Notes: a model not told the origin generated them from the sequence alone. A DNA stretch of 64,000 nucleotides from Camelus ferus (GCF_009834535.1 NC_045696.1:2792001-2856000), one strand, 5' to 3'. Shown: positions 25,175-39,105, counted from the stretch's first letter. Made by a program: numbers and translations.

Positions 25175-25520
25175 CGTTATGGGTTGAATGTTTGCCTCTT
25201 CCTGAAATTTGCACATTGAAGCCCTAACCCCCAGTGTGATGGTATTTAGAGGTGGAGCCCTGGGGGAGGAAATTGGGGTTAGAGGGGTCATGAGGGTGGG
25301 GCCCCCAAGATGGGATTAGTGTTCCTCCTGCAAAGAGACACCAGAAAGCTCGCCCTCTGACTCCCTGCCACGCCAGGGCCCAGGGGGCAGGCGGCTGTCT
25401 GCAGGCCAGGAGGGCTCTCACCAGGTGTGGGATCAGCCAGCACCTTACTCTTGGACTTCCAGCCTCCAGAACCATGAGACAAGAAAGGCCTGCTGTATTT
25501 TATCCTGGTGGGCTGAGCTC
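25175..25520 (+). mobile_element. MaLR MLT1A-type LTR
   Basis: gttatgggttgaatgttt...gaagccctaacccccagtgtgatggtatttagaggtggagcc...cttggacttccagcctccagaaccatgaga. Confidence 0.8.
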
Positions 25521-28491
25521 CACAATTCAGCCCCCAGTACTTAAGGCGTCTAGCAATGCTTACAGCTTCCTGAAAACCTGATGCTTTCAGCATCCAGACC
25601 TTGGCATATCCCCACCCTGATGCCTTGGAGGCCACCCTGCAGGGCTCCACCAGTTCCCCCTGCACCTGGTGAATCCCTGGCCACCTCCCAACATTTGGGT
25701 TAGGCACCATGCCCCACAAAGCCTTCTCTGATGAACCCCCATCCCCATCTTGTCCCCAGAGTCCGCTCCTGTCGTTGAGACTTGGCACGTGGCCTGCACT
25801 GGCTTCTCACGTGCCTCCTCTCCCAGGTTGTGGAGCATCAGTGTTTAGACTGGTGCTGACTACAGGCCTATAAGAGGGACAGCTTCTCCAAAGAGGGCAT
25901 CACTTCAGCTGTTATCTTTTGTATCTTAGTCTTTGTGTCAGATCCCCTTTAGAATAAGGGCCAGAGGAGGGCAAAGAGGAGGGCGGGGGTGAAGGCAGAA
26001 CCAGGGCGCTGAGCACCTGTTCCCCACCACTTAGCCAGGCTTCTCTCCAGACAGCCTTCCACCGAGTTAAACGATCTGCAGCAGCCCCTTAACACGGGTC
26101 AACACAGCGCGATCCTTGGACAAACCCCACTCTCCGCTTCCTTCCTAAGGCTCACAGCTAAGAATGGTTCTTAACGTTTCTAAAGGGTGGGAAAAAGGAA
26201 AGACTGAGCCACATGGACTGTGGCAAAGCCAAGCCGAAAATATTTACTCTCCAGCCCATTTGCAGAAAAGCGTGCCCTGCCTGCTTTATCAGGACAACGC
26301 GTCAGTTCTGCATAACTCCCCTCATGCAGCAGCACCCTGCATGGTGTAATATGTGGTGCAGTGATTTCATTCTGCACTCCTTTGGCTGTTTCCTGCATGC
26401 AAGGCACCAGGCCACTGTCAGATGGCGCCGGGTAGTGGGGTGAGTCACTGAGCACGTCTCTGGGTTTTGAACGCCAAGTGGGGAGATGGGCAGAATATAA
26501 ACCATCAAAACACAAAAGCTGCACGATAACCTGCTGGGTTTCAGTTATTAACCAGCTGCCAGTAAACTTGAGGGCGAAGATCCACAGTAAGCAAGGCCTG
26601 GACCTGGGTCTCTGCACAGCCTCCCGCGGTCCCGGGTATTTGCTGGAGCAGGTGTAGGAGAACAAACGTCCAGGGAGACGCCAGAGTTCAGGTGATGTGA
26701 CAGGAAAAATTAAAATGGAGGGGAAATAATTACTTTATTTAACTCAAATGTACTGAGCAAGTTAAAAAATCTCACAGAAGTGAAAGCAATACGAATGTCC
26801 CCAAATCACTTGTCATTCATCAGCACAGTGTCTGGAAATTAATCTTGAGGAAACAACACGAAATGCAAAACGAATTACATTCACACAGGCGTTTCTGGCC
26901 ATGCTCCTGGAATGAGAACACAGGAAACAACACAAATCCAAAACGCTGCACTCGGCGGGGCACGGTCGTGATGCCACCAGGTGCCCGGTGCTCCAGCCTT
27001 TTCAGGAGGTGGGGGAAACCAAACCCCCCAGGAGACTGAAAGATTAGCCCAACCAGACTGTTCCAAGGGAAACACTTCACACAAAGGAAAATATATTCAG
27101 ACTCATCTTCGTGTAAAAAGAACTTCTCTCTGTGGTGTTAACAGGGAAATGCACTCTGTGGCTTTACAGTCCACACCCCCCTACGCACCCCACACATCAC
27201 AGGGGTTCCGTGGGCACGGTATGAGAAGCAGGCAATTAAATGAAATAAGAAAAAGCCCCAGCAGGATAGGAAACTGTATGTACATTACAGGGTCATATCT
27301 GACCAAACCCATCGGGCAGACATGCCAAGTGTTAATAATGCTTGGGTTAACGTTGTGGATTTTAGGCAGTCTTACTATTTTCCATTTTCTTTCTTTTGGT
27401 AATGTGGCTTTAGTACTATTACAATAAAAAATGTGATTAGAAGAACCTTGCTGAGTTGCTAAGCCTCTTGGGTGGTGACAAAATCGGAGGCAGATCACAA
27501 TACTGGTTTTCAACACTATGTTTTAATCTTGGTCTTGGATTCGTTTTAAGAACTGTAGGATTATAGAAATGTGAGTTGTAAGTCACCACACACTGTTCTG
27601 TCTGCTGTAAACTGACTAGAGGCCAAGAACCAGAACCGAAATGAAATAAAGCCCACGAGTTTGGGCACAGAGCCAAGCAGGGAGGTGTGAAAACAGGCAA
27701 ACGGTGACACGCCCCTCCCCGGGCGCAGACAGTCTCCTTCAGGGGCACCTGCGTCCCGCCAGATGGACGCTGTCCCTCACCTTGGGAATGGTCTCATCTG
27801 GATGTGTGACTTTCCCAGAGCTGTTTATTTTGTCCCCATGAGGTGTGTGGTGCAGATGGCAAGTGACACACTGGGGCCTGCTCAAACCATGGTCACCTCC
27901 AGGTGAGTCCTGTTTCCACGAGTGCTGGGAAGTCCCTCGGCCATCCCAGAGACCCTCCGTGGCCGAATGAATGCAGCCCGTGGGGCCACGGGGCAGGCGC
28001 TGCCGCTGGGTCCTACACGACCCCCACCCCTCACCCCACCTCTCAGAGCTGCCTGAGCTCACGGCGCGTGCCTGATTCGAGGGAACAAAGTTCTGATAAC
28101 AAAATGCTGTACTTTAACACTATAGTATCTTTGCAAAGTAGTAGTTGAAGTGGATAAAAATCCCATTTCCAATTTATCGAGAACTAGACCTACCAAATTA
28201 GAAGTCACCATTGCGTTTAACAAAACCTTGCTGGTAAACGAGATCAATGCAAAACCGACCAGGGGCTCAACATAGCGGCATCACCCTGAGGGAAGCACCT
28301 AGTTCTCTAGTTTTGTGGATTTACTCAGTGAGACCTACTATGTAGTGAGAGAAAAATTCCCTGCACACAGATGTTTCTAAACACACAGTGAGCAAACCAG
28401 CAGCGGGAGTGAGGCTGACTCACCTCTCCCTACGAAAGGTGCGGAAAGGGAACCAGTCACGCACGCCAGGCCTCAGGACTGCCGAGCAGAT

Positions 28492-28497
28492 TTTATT
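28492..28497 (-). terminator. Candidate NDUFV3 proximal polyadenylation signal AATAAA
   Basis: Plus-strand tttatt, ~50 nt downstream of the stop codon. Confidence 0.55.
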
Positions 28498-28548
28498 TCT
28501 GCACGCAAGATTGCGGGACAACAGAAGGTTTATATTTAAACGGAGCTC

Positions 28549-28827
<279 letters not shown>

Positions 28828-29042
28828 TCAGAAAAGCCCGGAAAGCAACAGTATCTTCAAAAGCAAAGTAAAGAAGTCAGCTGAAAATTTACACTAAAAC
28901 ACACAGCCTTAACAGTGTAAGGAATGGAAAAGTTTTTACAATGTGTCTTCACATCTTACTTTGTATACGTCTAGACCCTGGGCTTCTCAGAGTCTTGACA
29001 ATGCCAAGAACAACTCTGGAGGGTCGCTTAAAGATGCAGAAA

Positions 29043-29170
29043 GGGGAAGGGTACAGCTCAAGAGGCAGAACACGTGCTTAGCATGCACAAGGTCCTGGGT
29101 TCAATCCCCAGTACCTCCTCTAAAATAAATAAACCTACTTACTATCTACCTGCCCTCTATCCCCCCAAAA
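29043..29170 (+). mobile_element. tRNA-Ala-derived camelid SINE (Vic-1-like)
   Basis: ggggaagggtacagctcaagaggcagaacacgtgcttagcatgcacaaggtcctgggttcaatcccc...; TSD-like atgcagaaa on both sides. Confidence 0.85.
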
Positions 29171-31073
29171 ATAATGCAGAAAAAAAAGTAGATCTATTAA
29201 AAATCTGTCTATAATAGAAATAAACCGTTTTACAGAAGAAAAGTTTCAAAAGCAGAAACTTAAGTGAGCCTTCTTAGTCTCTAAATACAAGAAAATTAAA
29301 CTCCAACAGGTTCAATAATAATCACACAGGTAAGGGGAACGAGACATGGGACGTGCAGGTTTTAACTTTTCTGAAGAAGCCGTTGCCATACTCTAGAGTC
29401 ACAGACTAAAAAATCCTCATGCAGCTTTATTTAAGTGGAAAAAAGAACTCAAATCCATACACCTGCACATCTGGTAATCTTTAAATTAAGTGTGTGGATG
29501 AAGCAGAAAGCACACTGCTCTCCTGCAATGGGACAAGCGACACGAGGTGACTGAACTGAAGCCGGCGGGGGCGACCTAGGCCTGGGGAGGTTCTCACTGC
29601 CCTGCGCCGCTGCCACCCAGACTCTCTGCTTCCCTTCACGCTGCATAAAAAATAACTACAGTTTCCCATTATTCGAATTCATACCAAACGCTTTGTTTTT
29701 CTTTTTTTTAAGCTGCGTTAAAACAAAAACGATGTCTTATTTAAAGACCTGACACCTTTCCAACCTCAACAGGCAGAGTATCTCGATGTGGTGCAGGGAC
29801 ATCTCAAAGCAGGTGCGTTCTTAGAGTCCACATGGGAACGCGGGCTTAGAAAACTCTCATCAAAAACCAGCCCCCCCGAAGGCGAAGTGCCGGGCAGCCA
29901 GGCCAGGAGGGCTGCGCGGTGGAGGCAGCGGGCCCCGCGGACGCTGCCCCTGCAGCTGAAGCTGGGCTCCCGGGCAGCGTCTTTAGCCTCCGGAGGGCAA
30001 AGAGAGTACCAGGAAAACAGCACAACCATGAAAAACAAAGTCCAACTGTTTCCAAAAAGATCTGCCATCTGAAAACCCCCAGTTCTGCATTATCACCCTG
30101 AAGGTTTTGGCTTCCTCTCAGATTTACAGCGGAATGACTGAAACAGCAGCTCAGGAAAGCAGTTCTCACCGCCTCGAGAAGCCTGGCGGGCGCCGGCACT
30201 CTGCGTGTTTATGAAAGAGGGAGAGAACTGAGGGGGAAGAACACACACAAGTCCTGCTGACGTAAAGCAACCAGGCGCAGTGACACGGGCGATGAAGCGC
30301 AGCCCAGGGAGGCTTCCGCGCGGGGCGCACGGGGAGCAGCTGGGGCGGCCGGAGACGCACCTCCGAGGGGCACTGGAGCGCGCAGCCCGGGGGCCGCCCA
30401 GGGCCAGTCATGTGCTACGTAACGTGAATAAGCATGCTCCCTTCGGAAATTCACGGCAGCAAAAAAGCCCTTCATAAAAATTCAATATAGAAAAAAAGCA
30501 GCCTGTCGTTACTCAGGTAAATCGGAGAAGGAAACGTGCAGTGTCAATTAGATGAAGGCAGTTCAGGGCTGCCTTTGGGTCCCTGCTTTAACTCCTGAAA
30601 TGGGATTTTCCGGTTGGCACACAGATGCTAAAAAAGCAACCACCTGTCTAGCTCTCCTGAAGACCATCACACCGAGTGTGCCTGTCACTCATCATCTGTG
30701 GGAGTTGCACAGGACCCCTTCACTTAGTGGGTGCTCTGCAGCTTCATGAACAAGCATTTAGACACCCTCAAAAGCTAAAGGTGATGATGTGAAACTGCCA
30801 ATTTTCAAAAATTATACTGGTTAAGGGACAGTCAAGAGTGCCAAGGGCAAACTCTTTCATTGTGAAATAAATTTTAAAGGTTTTAGGGATTTTGTACTCA
30901 AGGTGAGCACGACCTGTGATTAGGACCTGCCCCCCGCTTCTCTGGGACGGCGTTACAGGCCACGCCGCTAGCACCAAATCTGACAGGTGCAATGCTTCCT
31001 CTCATCACTCAGCTCTTCAGAGTCTAACCACCCCCAAGGACAGAGGCGTCCTTGACCACAAGCCACGGTATAC

Positions 31074-32141
31074 CCTGTGCGTGGTCCCGGCCTTCCACCG
31101 GGGTGGCTGAGTCCTCCATGACTTCGTCCTTTTCCTCAAGCTGCAGTCCTGTTGTCTTTTCATCCAACGCGTCCTTGTGATGAACAGGAGCTGGCTTCAA
31201 ATGTTTTACTGGTAACTGATCTTCCAAATCCCCCTCAGCCTTCAAGAGTCCGTCTGCTACTGGCTTTCCCACGTTTTCATTTCTGAGCGGGGCAGAAGCC
31301 ACCTCCCCGTCAGGTGATGGTACTTGACTTTCCCCGCGTCGCCCTCCGGCCCCAGGAGGAGTCGCCTGCAGCTGTGTTCCTGCTCTGGTTTCTGTCGATG
31401 GGGTGGGCGCTGGGTCGCCATCCGGTCGTGTGGAAAATCCTGATTTTGTATGGTCAGATGAGACTTTTTTAACTTCAGCTGCCTTCTGGCTTCCTTTATC
31501 GATGTCATTCGCTCTAGCTGCTCTGTGCAATTGTTTTTCTTTTCCACTTTGCTTTGTAAACTCTTCACCCTCTTGTGACGTGGGTGCCGTGGTTTTTGGT
31601 TTGGTGTCTTTTCTGTCCTCTACAGGCTTCCTGGAGGCCCCTTTCTTCTTTGCCTGGCGGGGCCTCTCTGGAGAGCTGAGGTCTGCATGTGGCTGCTGTG
31701 ACACCCCAATTTGGGGGGCTCCATTTACAATGGAACGGGGGGCCTCTGCTTTGGGGAACCCTCCTCTGCCTTTGCTCTTCACTGGACGGTCAGCTCCTGG
31801 GCTGTCACCCTCCTCGTCGGACTCCGAGTCAGAGGAGCTGGACGAGGACGAGGACGAGCCACCTGTCGCTCTCCTGCTCCCCAGGACTGCGTCTGAACCA
31901 GAACCCTGCTTTCTGGATGGCGGCAGAGCTTTCTGAGGAAACTCTACCAAAGTCTTTCTTGACAAACACTTCGGAAGCCCTTCCTCTGTGACCAGCAGGC
32001 TGTCACCGGGGTTGGGGTTAGCTACCGTCCTGCCTCCGTTCACAACTGACCAGGAGGAACTGGGCGGAGGTAAGTTTTTAGACAGTTCAGCTGCTGGTGG
32101 GGTGGCTAGTGGCTTCCCCCTCTCCTTTGGTTCCACTACAT
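31074..32141 (-). CDS. NDUFV3: NDUFV3 alternative cassette exon 3 (long isoform only), 1068 nt
   Basis: Acceptor ccatttcctag|AT, donor CAGG|gtatac; phase 1-1 and length divisible by 3. Encodes (N)VVEPKERGKPLAT...LSRKTLVEFPQK...SSSSSSSSDSESDEEG, matching NDUFV3-L. Confidence 0.92.
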
Positions 32142-32859
32142 CTAGGAAATGGCATAAAGAGGAATATTATTTTTAATATTTAGTAAAACCATATAAATTC
32201 ACCAAGGTCAGACATTTCATGACACATCACCTTGTTATGATAATATCTTCAACAAAATCATCTTGGGAACTGTTTCATGGAAACCCACTCCTACCGTGCA
32301 AGCCAAGCCACACGAGAGACAGAGCCATAAGAAATGTAGATTTTTTTTTGGTAGCTGAAAAGTTTTTAAATGGGGCTTTTTACCAACAGAAGTAACAAAC
32401 TTGTCTCCATGTTTCACAATGAGTTTCTTGATAATTATTTTTTAAACTACTATTTCATCTAAATTTAAGGGAGTTAAACTATAAAGATACCTGCAGATGA
32501 AGGTTTAAAAATGTAAAAAATTTTAAATCTCTAAAAAATTTGGTGCATCTCAAATATTTTAAAAGTTACCCATATTGTATGAACTTGAACTTTCTGAACA
32601 AAACAGCAAAGCAGAAGTAGAGACAAGAGCCTGGTTTGGGTCTGGGGTGTGTGTGCGCACAAGTTTAAGAGTGGGGAGTCGGCTGGGGGGATCGCGTGGT
32701 TCAAATGAAGCTGCCCTGGGAGTGGAAAAGTCCTTCAAAATCACGTCATTTCAGGATTTCTTCTGCCCAAGAAAAGTATTACAAGATCAAAAAAGTCTAA
32801 AATACTTAAGTATCATATATATCACTGGAAACAAGTTTTAAACTGTTAAATAAAGTGCT

Positions 32860-32990
32860 TGGTAGCTCACAGCGAAAAAAATGTGACAATGAATATATGT
32901 TCATGTACAAGTGAAAAACTGTGCTCCGCACTGGAATTTTACACAACATTGTAAATGACAGTAACTCAATAAAAAATGTTTAAAAAAATA
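32860..32990 (+). mobile_element. Very short L1 3' end
   Basis: gtagctcacagcgaaaaaaatgtgacaatgaatatatg...aactcaataaaaaatgtttaaaaaaa; same family as 12412-12830. Confidence 0.8.
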
Positions 32991-35249
32991 CTTTGGGGAT
33001 AAAATAACATAAAAAGAGTAAGTTGGAGTTTCCCTTGCCCTTTATGGATTCAAAATGGCTGGCCAGTGTAAGTAAATGTAATATATAAAAAGTAAGGAAA
33101 AAAAAAAAGGAAAAAAGTGCTAATAGAGAATTCTTATTTTGCAGTCAATTATGAAAAAAAATGAAATCCCACAGTATATTCAATAGAGTGAATGTCATTC
33201 AATTTTCTCAATTTTTAACCATACAGATTAGAAGAAAAATATAGGACAAGGTTTTATAAATTAAAATGACTTCTCAAATCTAAAGCAAAATCTAAAAAAA
33301 AAATATTACAGATGAGCAAATTCTAAATCCAGTGTTTATTTTCAAATCTAGGAGTTTATTTTACACTAAAAGGATCTCAACCCTACTTCTTTAAAGTGAA
33401 AAAATGTATTCCTAACTTTGCCATCTTACCAGTGTTCAAAAGTTTCTAATTGTTTTCTGAGCTCAAGGACTTTATATCTTTGTATGTCTGTCTGTCTGCC
33501 TACCTATCTATCTGGATATGGAGATACATATATATATCTATATATATCACAGGATGATGGAAAATGATAAAAGAAAACTAAGGAACAACCAAAAGTCAGA
33601 AATGAGCCAGAGAAAAGGATATGACTGAACAGCCAGAGCAGTGGGTAGGACTATTTACACCGCCCCCTCCACCTCCCCCCACCATCGCCACCCCCTCCAT
33701 GCCATGTCGGACTCCGTGGCCATGTGTCACCCCAGAATCTGCCTTCTGACTGCAGGAGCAGAGCTCAGACAGAGCTCCAGGATCATGTTAAACATTAAAA
33801 CAAGGCACCACTTGACCTCTCCCTTTCCTGTGTCTTTCGAAACCACACCTGATACAGCTCAGAAATTCCTACAGGCAGCGTAGAAGATAAGCTGGCCTCC
33901 AAACCCTGCTCACCTGTCTCATTAATCCACTTTTATGTTGGGCATGAATTTTCCAAGTGTGAAAAACTAACTTAAAATAAGACTTACTTTACAGAGGCTG
34001 TGTTGAATAGGAAAAACTGTAATGCCTCAATCTTTCAAAATTTATTGTGGAGACTTTTTAAACTGTAAATATGTTATCAAAACAACATTACAGGTGGATT
34101 TATCACCTACCGAAAATGGAGAGAAAACTTCAAATGGTATAATTTAGAAATTTCGTCTGAAAAGGAAACTTCTGTTGACCATATGAAGTAAGAATGCTTT
34201 GAAGTATCTTTTATTCAGGTGAAGTTTTTGGGAGAAGTCCACAGAAAGGCTAACAAACTCGAGTCACGCATTTTGCTTTTGGGAGCCAACTTCAGACCTG
34301 CCGCAGCACAGACCTAGAGTCCTCTCTGGGACTCAGAGGAAGCTTGCCATGATAATCTGTGGCTGCTACCCCTGTACCCAAGTGCCGGGTGGACACCACG
34401 CATGCATCAACAGGTCGGATGGTGTCACCTGGAGGACAGACTACCATGCAGAGAACACGGCCCTTACTCTGAGTGTCAGTATGACTGTAACCCGCTTGTT
34501 GTCATGAAATCTCTGACATCTGTCTAGAGGCAGGATGCCTTCTACTCTGACAGTGTTTTAGTTTGAGTGTGACTTTCCTTGAAGATCGAGATAAACAAAT
34601 TTAAAATGACCCTAAAGACAGCAGAGATAATTCAATAAAAACAAAAACAAAAAACTGGGGAAAAAAAAAGGACAAATACATGGAAACATAAAGCTACCTA
34701 AATAACACTAGCAAAGGAGACCCACCTCCCAGCACCAGGTGGGGACTTCCAGGGACTATTTCTAGCCCTCAGAGCCCGTAACAGCCCATGTAAATAAAGG
34801 TCTATGAACACCAGTGACGCGCAGAGAGGAGTTCTCCTGTCACTTCTCTACCTGCTCTCAAAACAGAAATTAAATTCCCTGAATTTCTTTTCTGCTTGTT
34901 GAAAAGCAAGGGACGGCATGACCTTCAACTCCTTTGCTGTCTCCTCCCAAAACAAAAACGACTGGTGTTTGAAATAGATCAGCAACCGCAAAATACTTCC
35001 ACGTCGCCAATGAGTCACAGAATTAATTTCAAAAACAAAGCACATTCAGGTCAGAATCAAAGGTACATTTCAACAAGCTGTGAAAGAATACAGTTATCCA
35101 AATTTTATACAGTAATTAAAACTTTTTTTTACATGTGTTTGACTATAAAAAGTTGTGTTTTGTTTTTGCTTTTGTTTAATGAACACATGAGGATTGAGAT
35201 TTTTTTCAGAGGGAAGACAGCACACTGATTATAAACTGCACTTGTGGGG

Positions 35250-35450
35250 CCTTCCTGCCTGGGCCCGAATCCAGGCTCCACTACTGACATCTGTGTGACC
35301 TTGGGCAGTGCAGGAGTGTCCTGCCCCTGACTGTCTCCTCTGTGACACGGGGATACTGAGAGCGCCTGCTCACAGGGCTGTGGAGACCAGATGGGGTCAT
35401 CAGCATGGAGAGCTTAAACAGTGCCCAGCACTGCTGGTTACAAATAAATA
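35250..35450 (+). mobile_element. MIR SINE
   Basis: ctgcctgggcccgaatccaggctcc...ctgtgtgaccttgggcag...gagcttaaacagtgcccagcac. Confidence 0.65.
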
Positions 35451-35921
35451 CATCAAACTCCTATTTCCAAGGAGTCCTCACTTTCCAGACTGAAATAAGG
35501 ACGTGAAATAGATAATTAACTTCGGCTTCTTGGCAGATTCTTTAAAAAGCGACACAGGAGTTACTCAGTCAATGACTTATTACTGACTGCCACAAAAGTC
35601 AGCCTAGTGACTGAATCCACCTGAACACCAAAGCTGGCTAGCCAGGCAGTTCTATGGGAAGGGGCGCCCACAAGGGGCCCCCAGGTTCTGATGGCTGTGC
35701 CCACAGTGCTGGCTGCTCTCCTCAGGAAGGAAGGCGGAGCCCTGGATGGAACGAGGGGGAATGTGCTCCGTAAGCCCAGGTGCAGGCCCTCTGGCCACAT
35801 GTGACTCCAAGAGTGTGTGCTTAGGGCCCTGTCTGCAGGCAGGAATCTTCCCTAGAGCCTCCAAGGCCACCTGCAGCTGATGGGGTTCATCTGGCCATGT
35901 GCCACTGGTGGGTGAAAAGCA

Positions 35922-36066
35922 TGTCTGTACCCTACACTCACAAATCTCTGACACTTCTGGGGAAACACTGAGGCCACGTGTGTACCTTACACTCACGGAT
36001 CTCTGACACTTCCGGGGAACACCGAGGCCACGCGTGTCCCTTACACTCACGGGGAAACACCGAGGT
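35922..36066. repeat. Imperfect ~57-bp tandem repeat (~2.5 copies) in NDUFV3 intron 2
   Basis: Repeated tacactcac..atctctgacactt.ggggaa.cac.gaggccacg.gtgt; third copy internally deleted. Confidence 0.85.
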
Positions 36067-37588
36067 CGCCCATGCTGACTTAGATGCATTCTTTCTTCTT
36101 CTTCACGCAGGGATTATAATTACTTTTTAAATTATAAGATACAAATGTAATGTGCATTAAAGACAGTGTAGCTCTGAAAACCGTCTTCCCACCTGACAGC
36201 ACCCTGATTTACACGGCAGACACACACGGCACACGGCAACATCATTAAGACCGGCACGCTGCTCCCACCAGGCCCGAACAAACTCGGAGGCCTGCAAGGC
36301 CTGCCACATCCAGAGGCAAAAGCCACAGGAGCCCAAGGCCAACTCCTAGCTCAGCGTCCTCTTCTCATACCCACGCCCCAAATCCTCACGGGGTGAAGTC
36401 CTCCATTTCTACTACACACAGAAGCACATTTCTAAAAAGGGGGATCTTTCGAGAAAAGAAGAGTCTTTAAGCCTAAGATACCTATTTGAAAACATACAGG
36501 TTAAGATGAAAGAAGAACAGCAAGTTTACAACGAGGCAGGTACCGGACAGAACACAACAACGTTCCTGCTGGATTTGGGCTGCTGGGGCTCGGGCAGCAG
36601 ACATTGCGGCGGGGGTCGGGGGGATCCTCAGCCCAGATCGATGGCATGTGAAAGGCAGCTGGGGGCCGGTATTTTATAACCTAACCAAGTTTGTGTGTGC
36701 AGACAAAGGAGGGACAAAAGTATCTACACACTCTCAAACATTCAAACTAAGGAAATTATATTTTGATGAAAATAAGACAAACTCAAATTATCATTCTAAG
36801 CCCCAAAGGGTCAGCAAGGGGAAGTTACCTACCACGTATGTACTTTAAGAGTTAACGAAGGTTTCACCAATTAAGACTAAATGCAATAGACCTGGATTAT
36901 AATCAATTGTTAATAATGAGCAGAGAGTAGAAAATATTATCCCAGAAGTATCTAAAATACACACTGCATTTCCTATTTTCCTTCCAAGAGGGTATGCTAC
37001 CTGGATTCAGGGCAGGGAGCGGGGGGATTAAGTCTAAATTTTTGATAAAAAAAAGTCAAAACGACTGTAGAAAGAGCTGGAAACAGACTGGGCATCATGT
37101 TTCATCCAAGTGATTCACAAGGGAAAATGGTGCCTACCCGTAACTCCCTCTCCACGGCCTTAAAGGGCCACCTGCAATCCTGCACTGCGGCTGAGCAAAG
37201 CCTGCGAAGCCACAGATGTGCCTCAGAGACACTGAAGAAAGTCACCATCAGGCAAGACAAGCAAGGTGGGTTCACAGCTGCCCCCAGGAGCATGGGACCC
37301 GTATCACAGCCATCAAGCCCCACTGAGCCTGTGGACTCTGTCTCCCGCCGCTGCAGGTTTAGAAAATTCAGACAGAAATAGTTCAGGGCTAAATGATGAG
37401 CCAAAGACTGTTATGTTGCTGCTCTGTTAGGTCTAAAACTGGTTACAGATCTTCAGTCTGATTACAACCTGGAAACCGCAGGGAATGAAGAGTCCAATTA
37501 TGCAGTCAGTAAAACCCTTTTCACACTTGGGAAGCTGATTTATTTCCTCTGCACTCTCTCTCATTTATGACTACAATTCAAACCTTAC

Positions 37589-37706
37589 TTTTTGATGGAC
37601 TTTGCTTCTTGGGATTTGGTGGCAGTCCCTTTTCATTCTTTCCTGATTCTGCAGAGAGAGAAACTGTAGCAGCAAGTCCTCGAAACACTCGGGCTTCTAG
37701 CACGGT
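37589..37706 (-). CDS. NDUFV3: NDUFV3 coding exon 2 (118 nt)
   Basis: Acceptor catcttttgtcag|, donor |gtaagg; TVLEARVFRGLAATVSLSAESGKNEKGLPPNPKKQSPSK. Confidence 0.95.
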
Positions 37707-38911
37707 CTGACAAAAGATGGAACAGGTACGGATGTTTAAGAGTCACATGCTTTGTAGCAGCCATTACAACGTGAATACCAAGTGTTATCGCAACGTATCT
37801 TTTGCAAATGCTTTGCATTCGTATGACAAATTTCTGATGGTTATTACAAGTTACATACTATACATGTACTATGGAAAATTTTTGAAAATACAAAAAAAGC
37901 TGCAAGAAAAAAACACCTGACTTCAAGGACAGTCACTACGAACATTTAGGCATTGCCCCAATCAGACTTTCTTCTGAGGACCCTTTTTGTAGTCTCCAGT
38001 TACCTACCGACCTACAAAATACTGATTCCTTTTGTAAAATGTTTTCCTGTACTTTGGATATAAAGTGGAAGACGCATTACCTAGCCATTAAAAATGATGT
38101 AGACGAACAGTTGCTTCAAAACTGTCTACAATATACCGGACGGGTAAAACACTGTATAAAGCGCTAATTCACTCAGGATGTATTTACTAAGGCCTACTAC
38201 ATGCCCCACACTGTTCCAGATGCTGGACTGCGAACAAAAGTGCCCACAGCACTCATATGAAGGTGAAACATTTGTTTTTTTTTATAGCTATAACGTAAGC
38301 ATGTGTGTACACGTACATAGGAAAGCTAAAGAAACTCATTCGGGACTAGATATGAAGCAGTTAATAGTGGACTCTGACAATAAATCCCCCACCATCTGTA
38401 CTTCATTTTGCAACGAATAGAGTAGTTGCTGCTCTTGTAATAAAGGCCACTTTTAATTTTAAATATAGTAAAGAGAACTTAGATTTTTCTATATGGAGAA
38501 AGAAAGCCCTTCTGGCTTCTTGGCTGCTGCCAGGTGAGTTACTGGGTCACCAGGGACCCGAGAATTCCCTCATTTCCTCTTGGGTTAAATAAGAAGTAAA
38601 AAAAAAACTCTGTTCTTTCGGTTCTAACAGGGCTTGGCAAGGGACAGCTGCGGCCCCCGCACCTGTCCGCGGCCTGGACCGCACAGCGGAGGCTCCCTGG
38701 TGATGCGGGCCCAGCGGGGCCAGGGGGCGCCGAGGTCGGGGTCGCTGTCGCCGGGACCCTCGCCGCCTCCGGCCCCGGCCCGGCCCCGCGCCCTCCCCTC
38801 GGGCCGGAAGCGGGGTCAGCGGCGCCCCGGACGGCCGGAGGGGACAGTCAGGGCCGCGGCCCTCGCCCCGGCACTCCGCAGACTCCCGGCCCCCGGCCCG
38901 GCCCCCGTTAC

Positions 38912-38959
38912 CTTCAGCGCCCCCGCTCGTCCTTGCCGCAGCAGAAGGGAGGCCGCCAT
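38912..38959 (-). CDS. NDUFV3: NDUFV3 coding exon 1 (mitochondrial presequence start)
   Basis: Kozak gccATGG; MAASLLLRQGRAGALK|gtaacg; 48 nt, phase 0. Confidence 0.95.
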
Positions 38960-39105
38960 GGCTGCAACTCAGCGCTGGCCGGGAGGGCGGAGGTCGCACC
39001 GCACAGACGCGGCCGCGGCGCGCGCACTACCTCCGGAAGGCCCGCCCCCTGGGGCGGGGGCACCAATCACAGGCAGAGACGGGCGAGGGGCGGGGTAGCG
39101 GCCGC

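Noticed and set aside
17600..28400. Suppressyn/syncytin-like env gene at the position syntenic to human ERVH48-1
   Set aside because: No ORF with a signal peptide plus CxxC, furin site or immunosuppressive domain is visible; ORFs are short (<170 aa) and only solo LTRs are seen. A tBLASTn search would be the definitive test.
31403..31936. 177-aa antisense ORF over NDUFV3 exon 3
   Set aside because: Shadow ORF on the opposite strand of a real coding exon, with a non-ATG start.
31024..32136. 370-aa ORF as a stand-alone gene
   Set aside because: It is NDUFV3 exon 3; the listed start is an internal GTG and the last ~16 codons are intronic.
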